In this document: positions 1 to 9,345 of the stretch, piece after piece
How the letters are laid out: every line of letters begins with the position of its first letter
Position numbering within the stretch: the stretch's first letter is position 1
Source: Vicingaceae bacterium
Lineage (GTDB): Bacteria > Bacteroidota > Bacteroidia > Flavobacteriales_E > Vicingaceae
Assembly: GCA_965218715.1 (NCBI GenBank)
Contig: CBDCLY010000006.1
Span: forward strand, 43,171-107,170
DNA length: 64,000 nt
Direction: 5' to 3'
Notes under the pieces: model-generated
Database searches by the model: none
What the model was told of the DNA's origin: nothing
The model's input: the letters and a program-made list of their open reading frames with translations, nothing else
Made by a program: the position numbers and the translations under genes

Positions 1-1471
1 GGCTGATAACTTTTATGTAAAACAAAAGATGGCGGAGCTAAGCAATATCCTACAAGCCGCAACTGGGCTTCACCTTGTCATTTTAGCAGATGAACACAAT
101 TATGCACTGCAACCTGATAGCTTCATTACTGGAAACATAATGGCCATAAATCGCAGTGATATTGACATCCAAATACAGAAGATTAGTCCACAGCCAAACG
201 AAGAATTCATCAGCATCGGGCTTAAAAACAATGAAATCAACAAGATTCCATTTAAAACAAAAATTAAAGGACCCATCTCTCAGCCTTATTGGTTAAACAA
301 TTCCTACGAAGACATCTCTTTGTCTTCAGTTGGTTCCAAACAGTTTGGATTACCTGAAAACAAAAAACCTGTAAACTTTGATTTAAGCCTAAGTTTCAAT
401 GGTGTTCCTGTTCAAATGAATGTACCTGTTCATTTTCAATGGACTGATAGAGCTAAAGGTGAATTGCAAAGGAACTTGGTTGTTTCTCCTTCCTTAACCA
501 CCACTCCAACCGAAAAAATTATTCTATTCCAGAACGAAGACAGTCATGAAGTAAAGGTTTTGGTTGAAAGCAATCAAAGTAGTTTTAAAGGAGTACTTAG
601 CATTGATTGTCCGGCCAATTGGAAATTAGAGCCCCAAGAAATCGACATGGATTTTAAAAAGAAAGGAGAACTGCAAAGCTTCACTTTTAAAATCACCCCA
701 CCTGAAACAGCCAATACGGCTAAGGCAAAGATTACCATAGATGGCAAGTCGAGTCATGCGGTGCAAAGAATAGAATACGATCATGTTTGGCCTCAAATAT
801 TGTTTCCTGAAGCAGAGATTAAATTGGTGAAGTTGGATTTGGTCAACCAAGTGAAACGCCTTGCATATATCAAAGGAAGCGGCGATGAAGTGGCTAAAAA
901 CCTGAGACAAGTTGGTTATTTGGTGGATGAGATGGAAGCCAAAGACCTTGCCCTAGCAGATTTAACTCCCTATGAAACTATATTGGTGGGCATTAGGGCA
1001 TACAATACCGAAAACAGTCTTTCCAATGGCAATGTTGTTTTAAACGAGTTTGTTAAAAATGGCGGAAATGTAATCGTTCAGTACAATACCAATAGGGGAT
1101 TAAAATCTGAGGAGATTGGGCCCTACCCTTTTAAGATTTCAAGAAAACGAGTAACCAAAGAAGAAGCAGCGGTTAAATTCATCGACCCAAAGAACAGTTT
1201 CTTTCATTCACCTAATCAATTATCACAAGCTGATTTCGACAATTGGGTGCAAGAGAGAGGGTTGTATTTTGCAAATGAATGGGATGAGGCTTTTCAACCC
1301 GTACTGGAATGGAATGACCCAGGAGAAGACCCACAGCAGGGTGCCGTTTTAATTGCCAAATACGGTGAAGGCCATTTCATGTATACTGGCATTTCATTTT
1401 TCCGACAATTGCCAGCTGGTGTTCCAGGAGCTTACCGAATATTGGCTAATTTAATCGCATATGGAAAATAA
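1..1471 (+). CDS. C-terminal part of a large conserved protein, 5' end cut by the window edge. It resembles the C-terminal region of Bacteroidota PIG-L/LmbE-family deacetylase-like proteins.
   Basis: ORF track 29..1471. The same frame has no stop codon from nt 2 to nt 28, so the true start is probably upstream of the window. Family guess rests on remembered C-terminal motif GEGHFMYTGISFFRQLPAGVPGAYR and is unverified. Confidence 0.5.
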   Translation, partial: ADNFYVKQKMAELSNILQAATGLHLVILADEHNYALQPDSFITGNIMAINRSDIDIQIQKISPQPNEEFISIGLKNNEINKIPFKTKIKGPISQPYWLNNSYEDISLSSVGSKQFGLPENKKPVNFDLSLSFNGVPVQMNVPVHFQWTDRAKGELQRNLVVSPSLTTTPTEKIILFQNEDSHEVKVLVESNQSSFKGVLSIDCPANWKLEPQEIDMDFKKKGELQSFTFKITPPETANTAKAKITIDGKSSHAVQRIEYDHVWPQILFPEAEIKLVKLDLVNQVKRLAYIKGSGDEVAKNLRQVGYLVDEMEAKDLALADLTPYETILVGIRAYNTENSLSNGNVVLNEFVKNGGNVIVQYNTNRGLKSEEIGPYPFKISRKRVTKEEAAVKFIDPKNSFFHSPNQLSQADFDNWVQERGLYFANEWDEAFQPVLEWNDPGEDPQQGAVLIAKYGEGHFMYTGISFFRQLPAGVPGAYRILANLIAYGK

Positions 1472-1589
1472 TAGCGATACGAAACCACCCTTCTTTAAAA
1501 GCTGGAATCACTTGTATTTGTTCCTCATTGCTTTTGAGCTGGTCTTGATGATTTTATTTGCCTACATCACCAATACTTATAGCCTGTGA
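1461..1589 (+). CDS. Small 42-aa single-pass membrane protein (MENNSDTKPPFFKSWNHLYLFLIAFELVLMILFAYITNTYSL), possible accessory subunit of the downstream symporter
   Basis: Hand-translated and below the ORF-track length cutoff. The ATG at 1461 overlaps the upstream stop (TAA 1469-1471). Its TGA (1587-1589) overlaps the GTG start of the symporter (1586) as GTGA. One hydrophobic helix; the ORF exactly fills the gap. Confidence 0.4.
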   Translation: MENNSDTKPPFFKSWNHLYLFLIAFELVLMILFAYITNTYSL

Positions 1590-3292
1590 ACGGATTGAGT
1601 TGGATCGATTGGACCATCATGCTTGGCACTTTGTTTTTCATTGTTGCTTATGGGGTTTGGAAAACACGAGGCGCCAAGAACATTGAAGGTTATCTTTTGG
1701 GAGGAAAATCTGCCAATTGGTGGACCATCGGATTATCCGTTATGGCCACTCAAGCTTCTGCCATTACCTTTCTATCTACACCCGGACAAGCATACATGGA
1801 AGGAATGGGTTTTGTGCAATTTTATTTCGGATTGCCCTTGGCCATGATCATCATCTCTACGGTATTCATTCCGCTTTACTATAAATTGAAGGTATACACG
1901 GCCTATGAATTTCTAGAGAGCCGATTTAACAATCAAACTCGATTATTAACGGCTTCCTTGTTTTTATTGCAGAGAGGTTTAGCGGCAGGAATTACCATTT
2001 ACGCTCCGGCCATTATCCTTTCTCAAATTGTAGGTTGGAGCCTCAACTTCACCATCTTGTTCATTGGTGTTTTGGTAATCATTTACACGGTTTCTGGCGG
2101 CACAAAAGCAGTTAGTCAGACCCACAAGCAACAAATGGCGGTAATCTTTTTAGGCATGTTCATTGCCTGCGGATTTTTAGTTTCCTACCTAGGTGACTAT
2201 TTAGGCTTTGGAGAAGGCATAAAAGTAGCAGGAATCATGGATAAGATGCAAGTCATCGATTGGGAGTTTGATCCTAAAAGTCGCTACAACATCTGGTCTG
2301 GTTTATTGGGTGGTTTATTTTTACAGCTGAGTTATTTTGGAACTGACCAATCACAGGTGCAGCGCTATTTAGGCGGCAGTTCTATTAGAGAAAGTCGCTT
2401 GGGTTTAATGTTCAATGGATTGCTAAAAATCCCAATGCAGTTCTTCATCCTATTTGTAGGAATATTGGTTTTCCTGTTTTACCAATTTGTAATGCCGCCA
2501 TTGCATTTCAATGCAGAGAATGTAGAAAAGACCAAACAAACAGAATACAAAAGCAATTTTGAAGAATTAGAAACGGCTCAATCTGAAGTTTTCGAAAAGA
2601 AGCGACAATTGATTCTTGGTTTAAATGAATCTGCTACACAAGCTGCTGATAAAGCAAACATTAAGCAGCTTCATGAAGAAGAACGAGCATTAATGACAGC
2701 CGCTAAGGAAGTAATTAAGGAAGCTGTTCCTAGCGCAGAGACGGAAGACGATGATTACATCTTCATCACCTTTGTCATCTCCTACCTTCCCATTGGAATT
2801 GTTGGATTGTTATTGGCGGTCATCTTTTCTGCAGCCATGTCTTCTACCTCGGCAGAATTAAATGCCCTTGCCTCTACCACTACAGTAGACCTATACAAAA
2901 GAAACATTCGGCAGAAAGCCTCTGATTTGCACTATCTAAAGAGCTCTAAGCTATTTACTTTGCTATTTGGTCTAGCAGCTATCGGCTTTGCCTTAATTGC
3001 CGATTTATTTGACAATTTAATTGAAGCTGTCAACATTTTGGGTTCTCTATTTTATGGAACCATTTTAGGGATCTTTTTAATTGCCTTTTTCTTCAAGTGG
3101 ATTGGAGGAAAAGCTACCTTTTATGCAGCGATCATTGCGCAGTTAATCATCATGGTATTGTATTTCCTTAACCGACAAGGAAGCATAGAAATTGCCTACC
3201 TCTGGTACAACCTTATTGCCCCAGGCATATTGATTGCTATGGCCATGATTTTTCAAAAGATTTTTCCTCAGGTAGACGAAAAGCAAGAATAA
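1586..3292 (+). CDS. Sodium:solute symporter (SSS/SSF family)
   Basis: 568 aa, polytopic. SSF-like N-terminus (IDWTIM...YGVWKTRGAKNIEGYLLGGKS, GFVQFYFG) with a charged loop insert before the last TM bundle. GTG start. Confidence 0.88.
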   Translation: MNGLSWIDWTIMLGTLFFIVAYGVWKTRGAKNIEGYLLGGKSANWWTIGLSVMATQASAITFLSTPGQAYMEGMGFVQFYFGLPLAMIIISTVFIPLYYKLKVYTAYEFLESRFNNQTRLLTASLFLLQRGLAAGITIYAPAIILSQIVGWSLNFTILFIGVLVIIYTVSGGTKAVSQTHKQQMAVIFLGMFIACGFLVSYLGDYLGFGEGIKVAGIMDKMQVIDWEFDPKSRYNIWSGLLGGLFLQLSYFGTDQSQVQRYLGGSSIRESRLGLMFNGLLKIPMQFFILFVGILVFLFYQFVMPPLHFNAENVEKTKQTEYKSNFEELETAQSEVFEKKRQLILGLNESATQAADKANIKQLHEEERALMTAAKEVIKEAVPSAETEDDDYIFITFVISYLPIGIVGLLLAVIFSAAMSSTSAELNALASTTTVDLYKRNIRQKASDLHYLKSSKLFTLLFGLAAIGFALIADLFDNLIEAVNILGSLFYGTILGIFLIAFFFKWIGGKATFYAAIIAQLIIMVLYFLNRQGSIEIAYLWYNLIAPGILIAMAMIFQKIFPQVDEKQE

Positions 3293-3343
3293 ACTGTTTT
3301 AATAGAACAAGCTACTAACTCGTTCATTTAAAATTCTTGCCTT

Positions 3344-4804
3344 ATGAAACGATTCAAAATAGTAGTCCTTTGCCTTCTCCTTCCAATTTTAACAATAGCT
3401 CAAGAATTTCGAGGTGGCGACAAACAGTTCATGTACGACAGCACTACAATGAATGCCTTGATCTTCATTGTAGATTCTTTGAACATTCAGCATAAACAAT
3501 GTGGAATCGTTCCCAATTACACATCAATTCCCCAAAGCATTGGCACAGTGATAAGTTTAGATGATGAGAATGCTGACTTAAAAAAAGCTCGAAAAGCTTT
3601 AAAAGAAGGCATGAGCATGGCCAATTTTAGAAAGGAATTTCCTAAAGCAGACATTAAAACCTATCAATTGATTGTTGCCTTCGATTATAAATATGAAGGA
3701 AAAAAAACAACAGAAATAAAAAGCATCCCAGCTGATGGCTCTTATGAGAAGAGTTTAGCATTCTCTAGCAAGGACCTAAAAAAAGATCAATTATTATTTT
3801 ACAATGAATCCGATGGTTATTTAAATGCCTTTGTTCTTTTCTATCCCTTGGCTCAGAAGGCCATTCCAGTTGAACATGCCTATTCCATTCAGTACGCAGA
3901 TTGCATGATAGATACAAGTGCAAGTATTTATAGAGCAGGTGCCAGCAGACGAAGCTGGTGGGATGAAGATGAAACACCAAAGGCCATGAATCAATTCATG
4001 AAAACGGTGAACCGTGGTTTAAAGGCGCCCGAATATAAAGACGAAAACCAAAATTTCGATTCTCTGTATACCGTTTGGCTAAAGAAGCGAGTTCGAAAAA
4101 TGGATAAACAGTTCTTTGAACCTAAAGTTCAGTTTCAAATGAACAAAGCCTATGAAGCAGCCCTAAAGGCAAAAGTTTCAAACGATGATTTTGAGTTTTT
4201 TGTGGAGCGTTATTTAGGAAAAGAAAAGGCCTTGGAATTGAAACGCAATAGAGTGGTTGTTGGAGGCTGCAGCATGGATGATAGTCCAAGAGTACACATG
4301 AAGAACATCGCCAGTTTAAGCGCAAAAACTGCCAAATGGGAGATCTTTTTGCGAGCGCATTTAAACATCATGAACGATTATTTCAGTCGGGTGAGCGATG
4401 GCAGCTATGCTTATGGAAGAAGAGAAACTTATTACAATGAATTAGAAGCCTTGAACATTGAGGCATTGGATTTATTGATAGGAATCAGTTTGCGTTTTCA
4501 GAATTCCAATGAAGGCCATTATTTTGGTAGCATTGGCCGAATTGGAAGAGCCTTTGCCGAAAGCAATAAGAAGAAAGAAGTAGAAGAGCGTTTTTCTCTT
4601 TTGATAGAAGACGATGGATTGGATGATTTCAATAGGATGTTGATCTGTTTCCTCCATTTAAACTACATCTATTACATAGAAGATGAAATAGAAAGAAAGG
4701 CTGCCTTAGATAGCCTTTATGAAAGTGTTTTAACGCTTCCTGATTATTTATCAGAACCCATGCAAGGACGATTAAAGGAATTTAAGAAGAAAGAAGGAAT
4801 TTGA
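3344..4804 (+). CDS. Hypothetical secreted protein with N-terminal signal peptide
   Basis: 486-aa ORF with signal-like N-terminus MKRFKIVVLCLLLPILTIAQE. No recognisable catalytic motif. Confidence 0.6.
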   Translation: MKRFKIVVLCLLLPILTIAQEFRGGDKQFMYDSTTMNALIFIVDSLNIQHKQCGIVPNYTSIPQSIGTVISLDDENADLKKARKALKEGMSMANFRKEFPKADIKTYQLIVAFDYKYEGKKTTEIKSIPADGSYEKSLAFSSKDLKKDQLLFYNESDGYLNAFVLFYPLAQKAIPVEHAYSIQYADCMIDTSASIYRAGASRRSWWDEDETPKAMNQFMKTVNRGLKAPEYKDENQNFDSLYTVWLKKRVRKMDKQFFEPKVQFQMNKAYEAALKAKVSNDDFEFFVERYLGKEKALELKRNRVVVGGCSMDDSPRVHMKNIASLSAKTAKWEIFLRAHLNIMNDYFSRVSDGSYAYGRRETYYNELEALNIEALDLLIGISLRFQNSNEGHYFGSIGRIGRAFAESNKKKEVEERFSLLIEDDGLDDFNRMLICFLHLNYIYYIEDEIERKAALDSLYESVLTLPDYLSEPMQGRLKEFKKKEGI

Positions 4805-4955
4805 GATTTATACCTTTGATTTTGTCCTTTCTTAGGTAAAATTAAAGGGCAAAACCAATTCTGGTTTTCATAAGGTAACTTGTATTTCATCTAACTTATT
4901 AAGAGTGTTTTGGACTGGATCTAATCCCAAGCTTATGACTCACAATAACAAAATA

Positions 4956-5918
4956 CTAATTCAGAACAATTTTCCGCCTCACTACTCTTCCATCCTTCAA
5001 TTGAAGGTGAATTAGATACAAGCCGGGTGTTTCCTTCAACAGGATGCTTTTTCTATTGCCCTAAAACCTCCTCAGCAATTTGCCTTGTAAGGAGTAAACC
5101 GCTATCTCGGCAACATTTTCTTTTGTCTCTATTTTAAGCTCACCATTACTTGGATTGGGGAAGAGTTGCAATGCTACTTCTACTTCTTCCTCCCCTAAAC
5201 CAACTGAGGGTGGCAAGCTATCACAGTTACCTAACCACACATCGTCTAGATAATAAAAGGTTTTATTCATCCAAATCTGGTTGCCGCCACCCGCTACAAA
5301 TTGAGTATCCAAACTAGTGGTATCAAAGAAATTACCTATGGTAATGTATTGCTCGCCACCCATTGCTTGGTATTGTTGATTGAACTCCATCCAGTTGATT
5401 CTGTCGTTTACAAAACGATTGGGATTAACTTTCACTTGTGGGGTATATGGTAAAGGTTTTATGTTATTAGAACCTACCGAATTGGAAGAAAAATACACTC
5501 CCAATTGCCCTCTAGAAGCCACATGCATAGAATCTGCAAAACTTAAATACACCCGAAAACAATAAATTGAATCTTTTTTTAAGCTATCCAGCAATTGGGC
5601 TTGCAAATACTCTCTCCTTGGTGAACGGGTCTGTAGGTAATGATCATAAATTTGAATCCCAATTATTGCTTGCCCAGTCTTAGCCAATTGATAGCCAGGA
5701 TAATTTGAAGGGTAACCATAAGTTGGGGAAATACTATTATTTAAGGGTGTAAAGTAATTGAAACCCTCATTGGTTGGTGCAATCCAATCCAAGGGCAGGT
5801 ATAAAGGAGTTGTCCTTGTTATCGTATCCTCAAAACTAGGATTGGGCAATAGGTTTTGTGCTTCTATAGCACCTGCCCCAAAAATGAATAACAAAAAAGT
5901 AAGAATGCTCAATCGCAT
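4956..5918 (-). pseudogene. T9SS cargo protein (paralogue of 6135..7082) whose C-terminal sorting domain is interrupted by an in-frame TAG at 5061-5063
   Basis: The ORF track ends at ...IAVYSLQGKLLRRF*. The same frame continues GNRKSILLKETPGLYLIHLQLKDGRVVRRKIVLN* (stop at 4956-4958). This aligns with the end of the paralogue CTD, ...GLYLVVARLKQGGILRKKIVLE. Confidence 0.7.
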
Positions 5919-6134
5919 GAATTAAAATTAAGGTTTTAAGCAGTTCATGGAAAGGACATTTTTATTTAGGATTCATCTGCAAGCTTGCCTTTACACATTT
6001 GAATGTCTCATTCAGGTTGTCTCGGCTTTAATCGAGTCAATTGAATTATCTTTATGGTCTTGAAACAAAACGAAACCAGTCTACTTTTAACTGCGAACTG
6101 GCAGGAAAAGGCCAGATCTATTTCCATTGTCACG

Positions 6135-7082
6135 CTACTCTAGCACTATTTTCTTGCGCAGTATGCCCCCTTGTTTTAAACGAGCCACCACCAAATACAA
6201 TCCAATTGGGGCTTTTAGCCGAATGGTCTTTTGCGGGGAATTGATCTCTTGAAGCAATTTCCCTTGAATGCTGTAAATGCTTAAAACAGCGATGTCTTGA
6301 ACGTTCTTAATTCGGAAAGTACCTGTATTGGGATTGGGGTAAATTGCTAGGGTTTCCTTTTTCTTGGCAAACTCAAACAAGCCTATGTCAGAGTCTATTG
6401 GCACACTATCACAATGCCCTAAATAAAAATCATCTAAATAATAATAAACGTGTTTATGCTCACTTTTGTCACCACCATTTATTTGAAGCGTGTCAATATT
6501 TCTATCATTTTCGAAATGACCAATAATAATAAACTGCTCCCCACCAATAGCCTTATAAGAGCTAGATACTTTTATCCATTCTCTCTTCTCAACAAAATAT
6601 GAAGTATCATTAAAATTAATAACTGGAATCAAAGGTAAAGTAGTCTGAATTTGAAAATTTAATTTTTGGGTAGCAAAATAAACGCCTAATTTATTTTTTA
6701 GTGCATATCTCATAGAGTCGCCTAGACTTAAATAAAACTGGATACAATAACTAGAATCCTTAACTAATGGTGATAATAATTCATTTTGAATGTATTCCCT
6801 TGAGTTAGTCCTATTTCTACTAAAAACGGATATACCATAATAACCATCGTACTTCTTCGCATTTTGGAAACCACCTATATTTGAAGGAGCTTTAAAAGGA
6901 TCAATTGTAGCTGGATGAATAAAATCTGAACTCCCAAGAGATGGAGTATCCCAAAACGGTGCACTAATTAAACCAAAACTTCCTACTAAAGTGTCCTCAA
7001 AAGAGGGATTTTGAATTAAATTTTGTGATGACAAATAGCCAAAACAAAAGACCAATGTTGATATTAGAACAGAACGTTTCAT
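6135..7082 (-). CDS. Secreted protein with type-A T9SS C-terminal sorting domain (intact paralogue)
   Basis: Signal peptide. N-terminal NLIQNPSFED motif shared with 5061..5918 (NLLPNPSFED). Shared GGEQ(F/Y)I(I/T)IG and YYYLDD motifs. CTD: IYPNPNTGTFRI...SIYSIQGKLL...GLYLVVARL. Confidence 0.8.
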   Translation of the reverse strand: MKRSVLISTLVFCFGYLSSQNLIQNPSFEDTLVGSFGLISAPFWDTPSLGSSDFIHPATIDPFKAPSNIGGFQNAKKYDGYYGISVFSRNRTNSREYIQNELLSPLVKDSSYCIQFYLSLGDSMRYALKNKLGVYFATQKLNFQIQTTLPLIPVINFNDTSYFVEKREWIKVSSSYKAIGGEQFIIIGHFENDRNIDTLQINGGDKSEHKHVYYYLDDFYLGHCDSVPIDSDIGLFEFAKKKETLAIYPNPNTGTFRIKNVQDIAVLSIYSIQGKLLQEINSPQKTIRLKAPIGLYLVVARLKQGGILRKKIVLE

Positions 7083-7331
7083 TTAATTGATTAGCAATTT
7101 ACCACTTTTTAATAAACCATTAGAATTCCTGAAATGAAACAAATAGATTCCTTTTCTAACATCTTTAACACTAAGAATATGGCTTAATTCTTTTGATAAA
7201 TATTGACTCTTAACTTTTCTTCCAGTAAGAATGACCTCAGCTTTAATAAAATCAAATGAATCTTTTCTTTTTCTTGAAACAAAAGTTCGATGCCACCCCA
7301 AGGCCTTACACGGATTGCTAAAAGGTTCATC
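7083..7331 (-). pseudogene. Orphan T9SS C-terminal sorting domain with no passenger domain and no ATG (gene remnant)
   Basis: The open frame after TAG (7332-7334) reads DEPFSNPCKALGWHRTFVSRKRKDSFDFIKAEVILTGRKVKSQYLSKELSHILSVKDVRKGIYLFHFRNSNGLLKSGKLLIN. That is a full-length CTD pattern (xxxNP...I.v....GR.V....l.v..l..GiYl...). The ORF track only finds a TTG start at 7301. Confidence 0.6.
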
Positions 7332-7403
7332 CTAAAAAAGGAATTAGGCCTAATCCCTCGATTTTGCAGGTCAAAAGCGAAGGATAAAACTTAGTTTTAC
7401 CGC

Positions 7404-7931
7404 ATGAATCCGCTGATTTTTACTACAAAGCGACTTAGATTAAGGCAATTGAACCCAAGCATTTATGCTCATCTATTTGCTAATTTGAGTGATGAAGAAT
7501 TATTGGAATACCTTGCTTTAGCAGATTTAGAGTCTTTAGCTAAGGAGAAAGAAAAATTTAAAAAAGGCTTTGAGGCTTATGACAGAAGCTTCGAGATTTT
7601 TCAAATCATTCGAAAAGAAGACAATTGCATTTTGGGCATGACGGGCTTTGTGAGATGGTACCCAGATCATAGTCGGGCAGAGTTTGGTTATGCCTTGAAC
7701 CACCAAGACCATTATGGAAAGGGCTACATGACTGAAGCAAATGCTCCTATCATTAAATACGGTTTTGAAACATTGAAACTGCACCGCATCGAAGCCTTGG
7801 TAGAGCCTAAAAACATTGCCTCCATTAAACTCATAGAAAAGTTAGGCATGGAAAAGGAAGGTTTCTTAAAAGAACACTATTGCAAAAACGGGGTATTTGA
7901 AGATTCATTGATTTATGCCGTTTTAGCATAG
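7404..7931 (+). CDS. GNAT family N-acetyltransferase (RimJ/RimL-like)
   Basis: 175 aa. Motifs LRLRQL, HxxxGKGYMTEA, HRIEALVEPKNIASIKLIEKLGMEKEG are typical of the Acetyltransf_3 type. Confidence 0.85.
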   Translation: MNPLIFTTKRLRLRQLNPSIYAHLFANLSDEELLEYLALADLESLAKEKEKFKKGFEAYDRSFEIFQIIRKEDNCILGMTGFVRWYPDHSRAEFGYALNHQDHYGKGYMTEANAPIIKYGFETLKLHRIEALVEPKNIASIKLIEKLGMEKEGFLKEHYCKNGVFEDSLIYAVLA

Positions 7932-7991
7932 TCATAGGTCTTTCTTGTTATCTTTATTTCTTTCCTAAACATCCATTAATTTCAACAAAGC

Positions 7992-8813
7992 ATGAACGGC
8001 ACCTACCCTAACACTAAAAAAAGTACATTTCTAACCCTCATGCTAATCTTGGTGATGGTGGTTTTAAGTCCCATTAACATGGCATTGAACCACAGCATAG
8101 GAAAATCTGCTTCGTTTTTTGTCTATTACAGCATTACCATGTTGGTTGGTTGGTTATTGGTGCATGCCTTAAGCAAAAAAGAGAATGGCGAGCAAACTTA
8201 CCAATGGCAGGGAATAAATTTAGGAGTCTTGGGCGTTTTGCTAATTGTTACCATTGGCTTACAAACTAGTCTATCCGGACCATTAAGCAGTTTAATTCCA
8301 ATGCCAGATATCATCAAGGACATGTTTCTAGAATTAGCTGGTTATAACGACATCTATAGCTTTTTAGCCATTGTAATTGCTGCACCCATACTGGAAGAAC
8401 TCATTTTTAGAGGGGTTATCCTAAAAGGAATGCTGAAAAATTATAGTCCGATGAAAGCCATTATCTGGTCGAGCATTTTATTTGGGGTACTTCACCTTAA
8501 CCCATGGCAATTCGTAAGTGCAATGGTGGTAGGAAGTTTCTCAGGATGGGTATTTTACCGAACTCAAAATATTTTCTATTCCATCTTTATCCACTTCGCC
8601 AACAATGGTTTTGCTTTTTTAAGCATGCAATTTTACAGTCCGGAAGAGATGATGAGTGATGATGCCAGCTCACTCTATGGTGGAATGAGCAATTACCTCT
8701 ACATCATATTTATTGCCTTAATCATCTCTTACTTCGGGATAAAACTCTTAAACAAACAAATTCCCTCCATTGAACATGAGCCTATTCCAAGTAAGGAAAG
8801 CAAACCTAGTTGA
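7992..8813 (+). CDS. CPBP family intramembrane glutamic endopeptidase (CAAX protease-like)
   Basis: Polytopic. Motifs EELIFRG, FGxLH and FIHFANN are present. Confidence 0.85.
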   Translation: MNGTYPNTKKSTFLTLMLILVMVVLSPINMALNHSIGKSASFFVYYSITMLVGWLLVHALSKKENGEQTYQWQGINLGVLGVLLIVTIGLQTSLSGPLSSLIPMPDIIKDMFLELAGYNDIYSFLAIVIAAPILEELIFRGVILKGMLKNYSPMKAIIWSSILFGVLHLNPWQFVSAMVVGSFSGWVFYRTQNIFYSIFIHFANNGFAFLSMQFYSPEEMMSDDASSLYGGMSNYLYIIFIALIISYFGIKLLNKQIPSIEHEPIPSKESKPS

Positions 8814-9291
8814 TCTTCCAGAAATACAAAATTGCTTTCTTGAAGCAATAGCTATTCTAACCAAAGAAAATTATTCACTTCAAGAACAGCAAGCCTGGCA
8901 AAAATCCGTTGAAAATGAATCCAGGTGGCAGGATGCTATTTTAGAACAAGAGTTCTTCTTGTTTAAGAAAGAGAATGAATTGGCAGCCTTCATCAGCTTA
9001 AAAGAAAAGAATTACATCGATTTCATTTATGTGCACCCAAATTATTCTCGACAAGGTTTGGGAACTCAAATGCTTCAACATTGCATTTCAAAAGCCAAAG
9101 CATCTAAGCAGAAACTTCTCTACTCTGATGTAAGTAAAACAGCCAGACCCTTGTTCGGAAAAACAGGGCTTTATTGTCCTGCAAGAGAATCAAAACAAAA
9201 GAGAAGGAGTTATTCTCATCAACTATTCCATGAAATTGGAGCATTAATTTTCATTGTTTCTCTTAAAAAGATTTCCATTCTTCATCGTTGA
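8776..9291 (+). CDS. GNAT family N-acetyltransferase, 3' end apparently frameshifted
   Basis: RQGLGTQML acetyl-CoA motif. After ...TARPLF (TTC 9154-9156) the +1 frame reads EKQGFIVLQENQNKREGVILINYSMKLEH* (stop 9245-9247), a canonical GNAT C-terminus. The called frame instead gives a non-homologous tail to 9291. ATG 8776 is preferred over TTG 8770. Confidence 0.7.
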   Translation: MSLFQVRKANLVDLPEIQNCFLEAIAILTKENYSLQEQQAWQKSVENESRWQDAILEQEFFLFKKENELAAFISLKEKNYIDFIYVHPNYSRQGLGTQMLQHCISKAKASKQKLLYSDVSKTARPLFGKTGLYCPARESKQKRRSYSHQLFHEIGALIFIVSLKKISILHR

Positions 9292-9345
9292 AAAGTTCGT
9301 ACTTAGGCCTACTGCAAAACTAGATTTATCTCCTAGCTTTATTTC

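Noticed and set aside
4851-4868. Hairpin aaaacca-attc-tggtttt between convergent genes as an intrinsic terminator
   Set aside because: The stem is only 7 bp with 2 G:C pairs and has no flanking T-tract. It is far weaker than the two clear terminators at 37039-37070 and 54871-54902.
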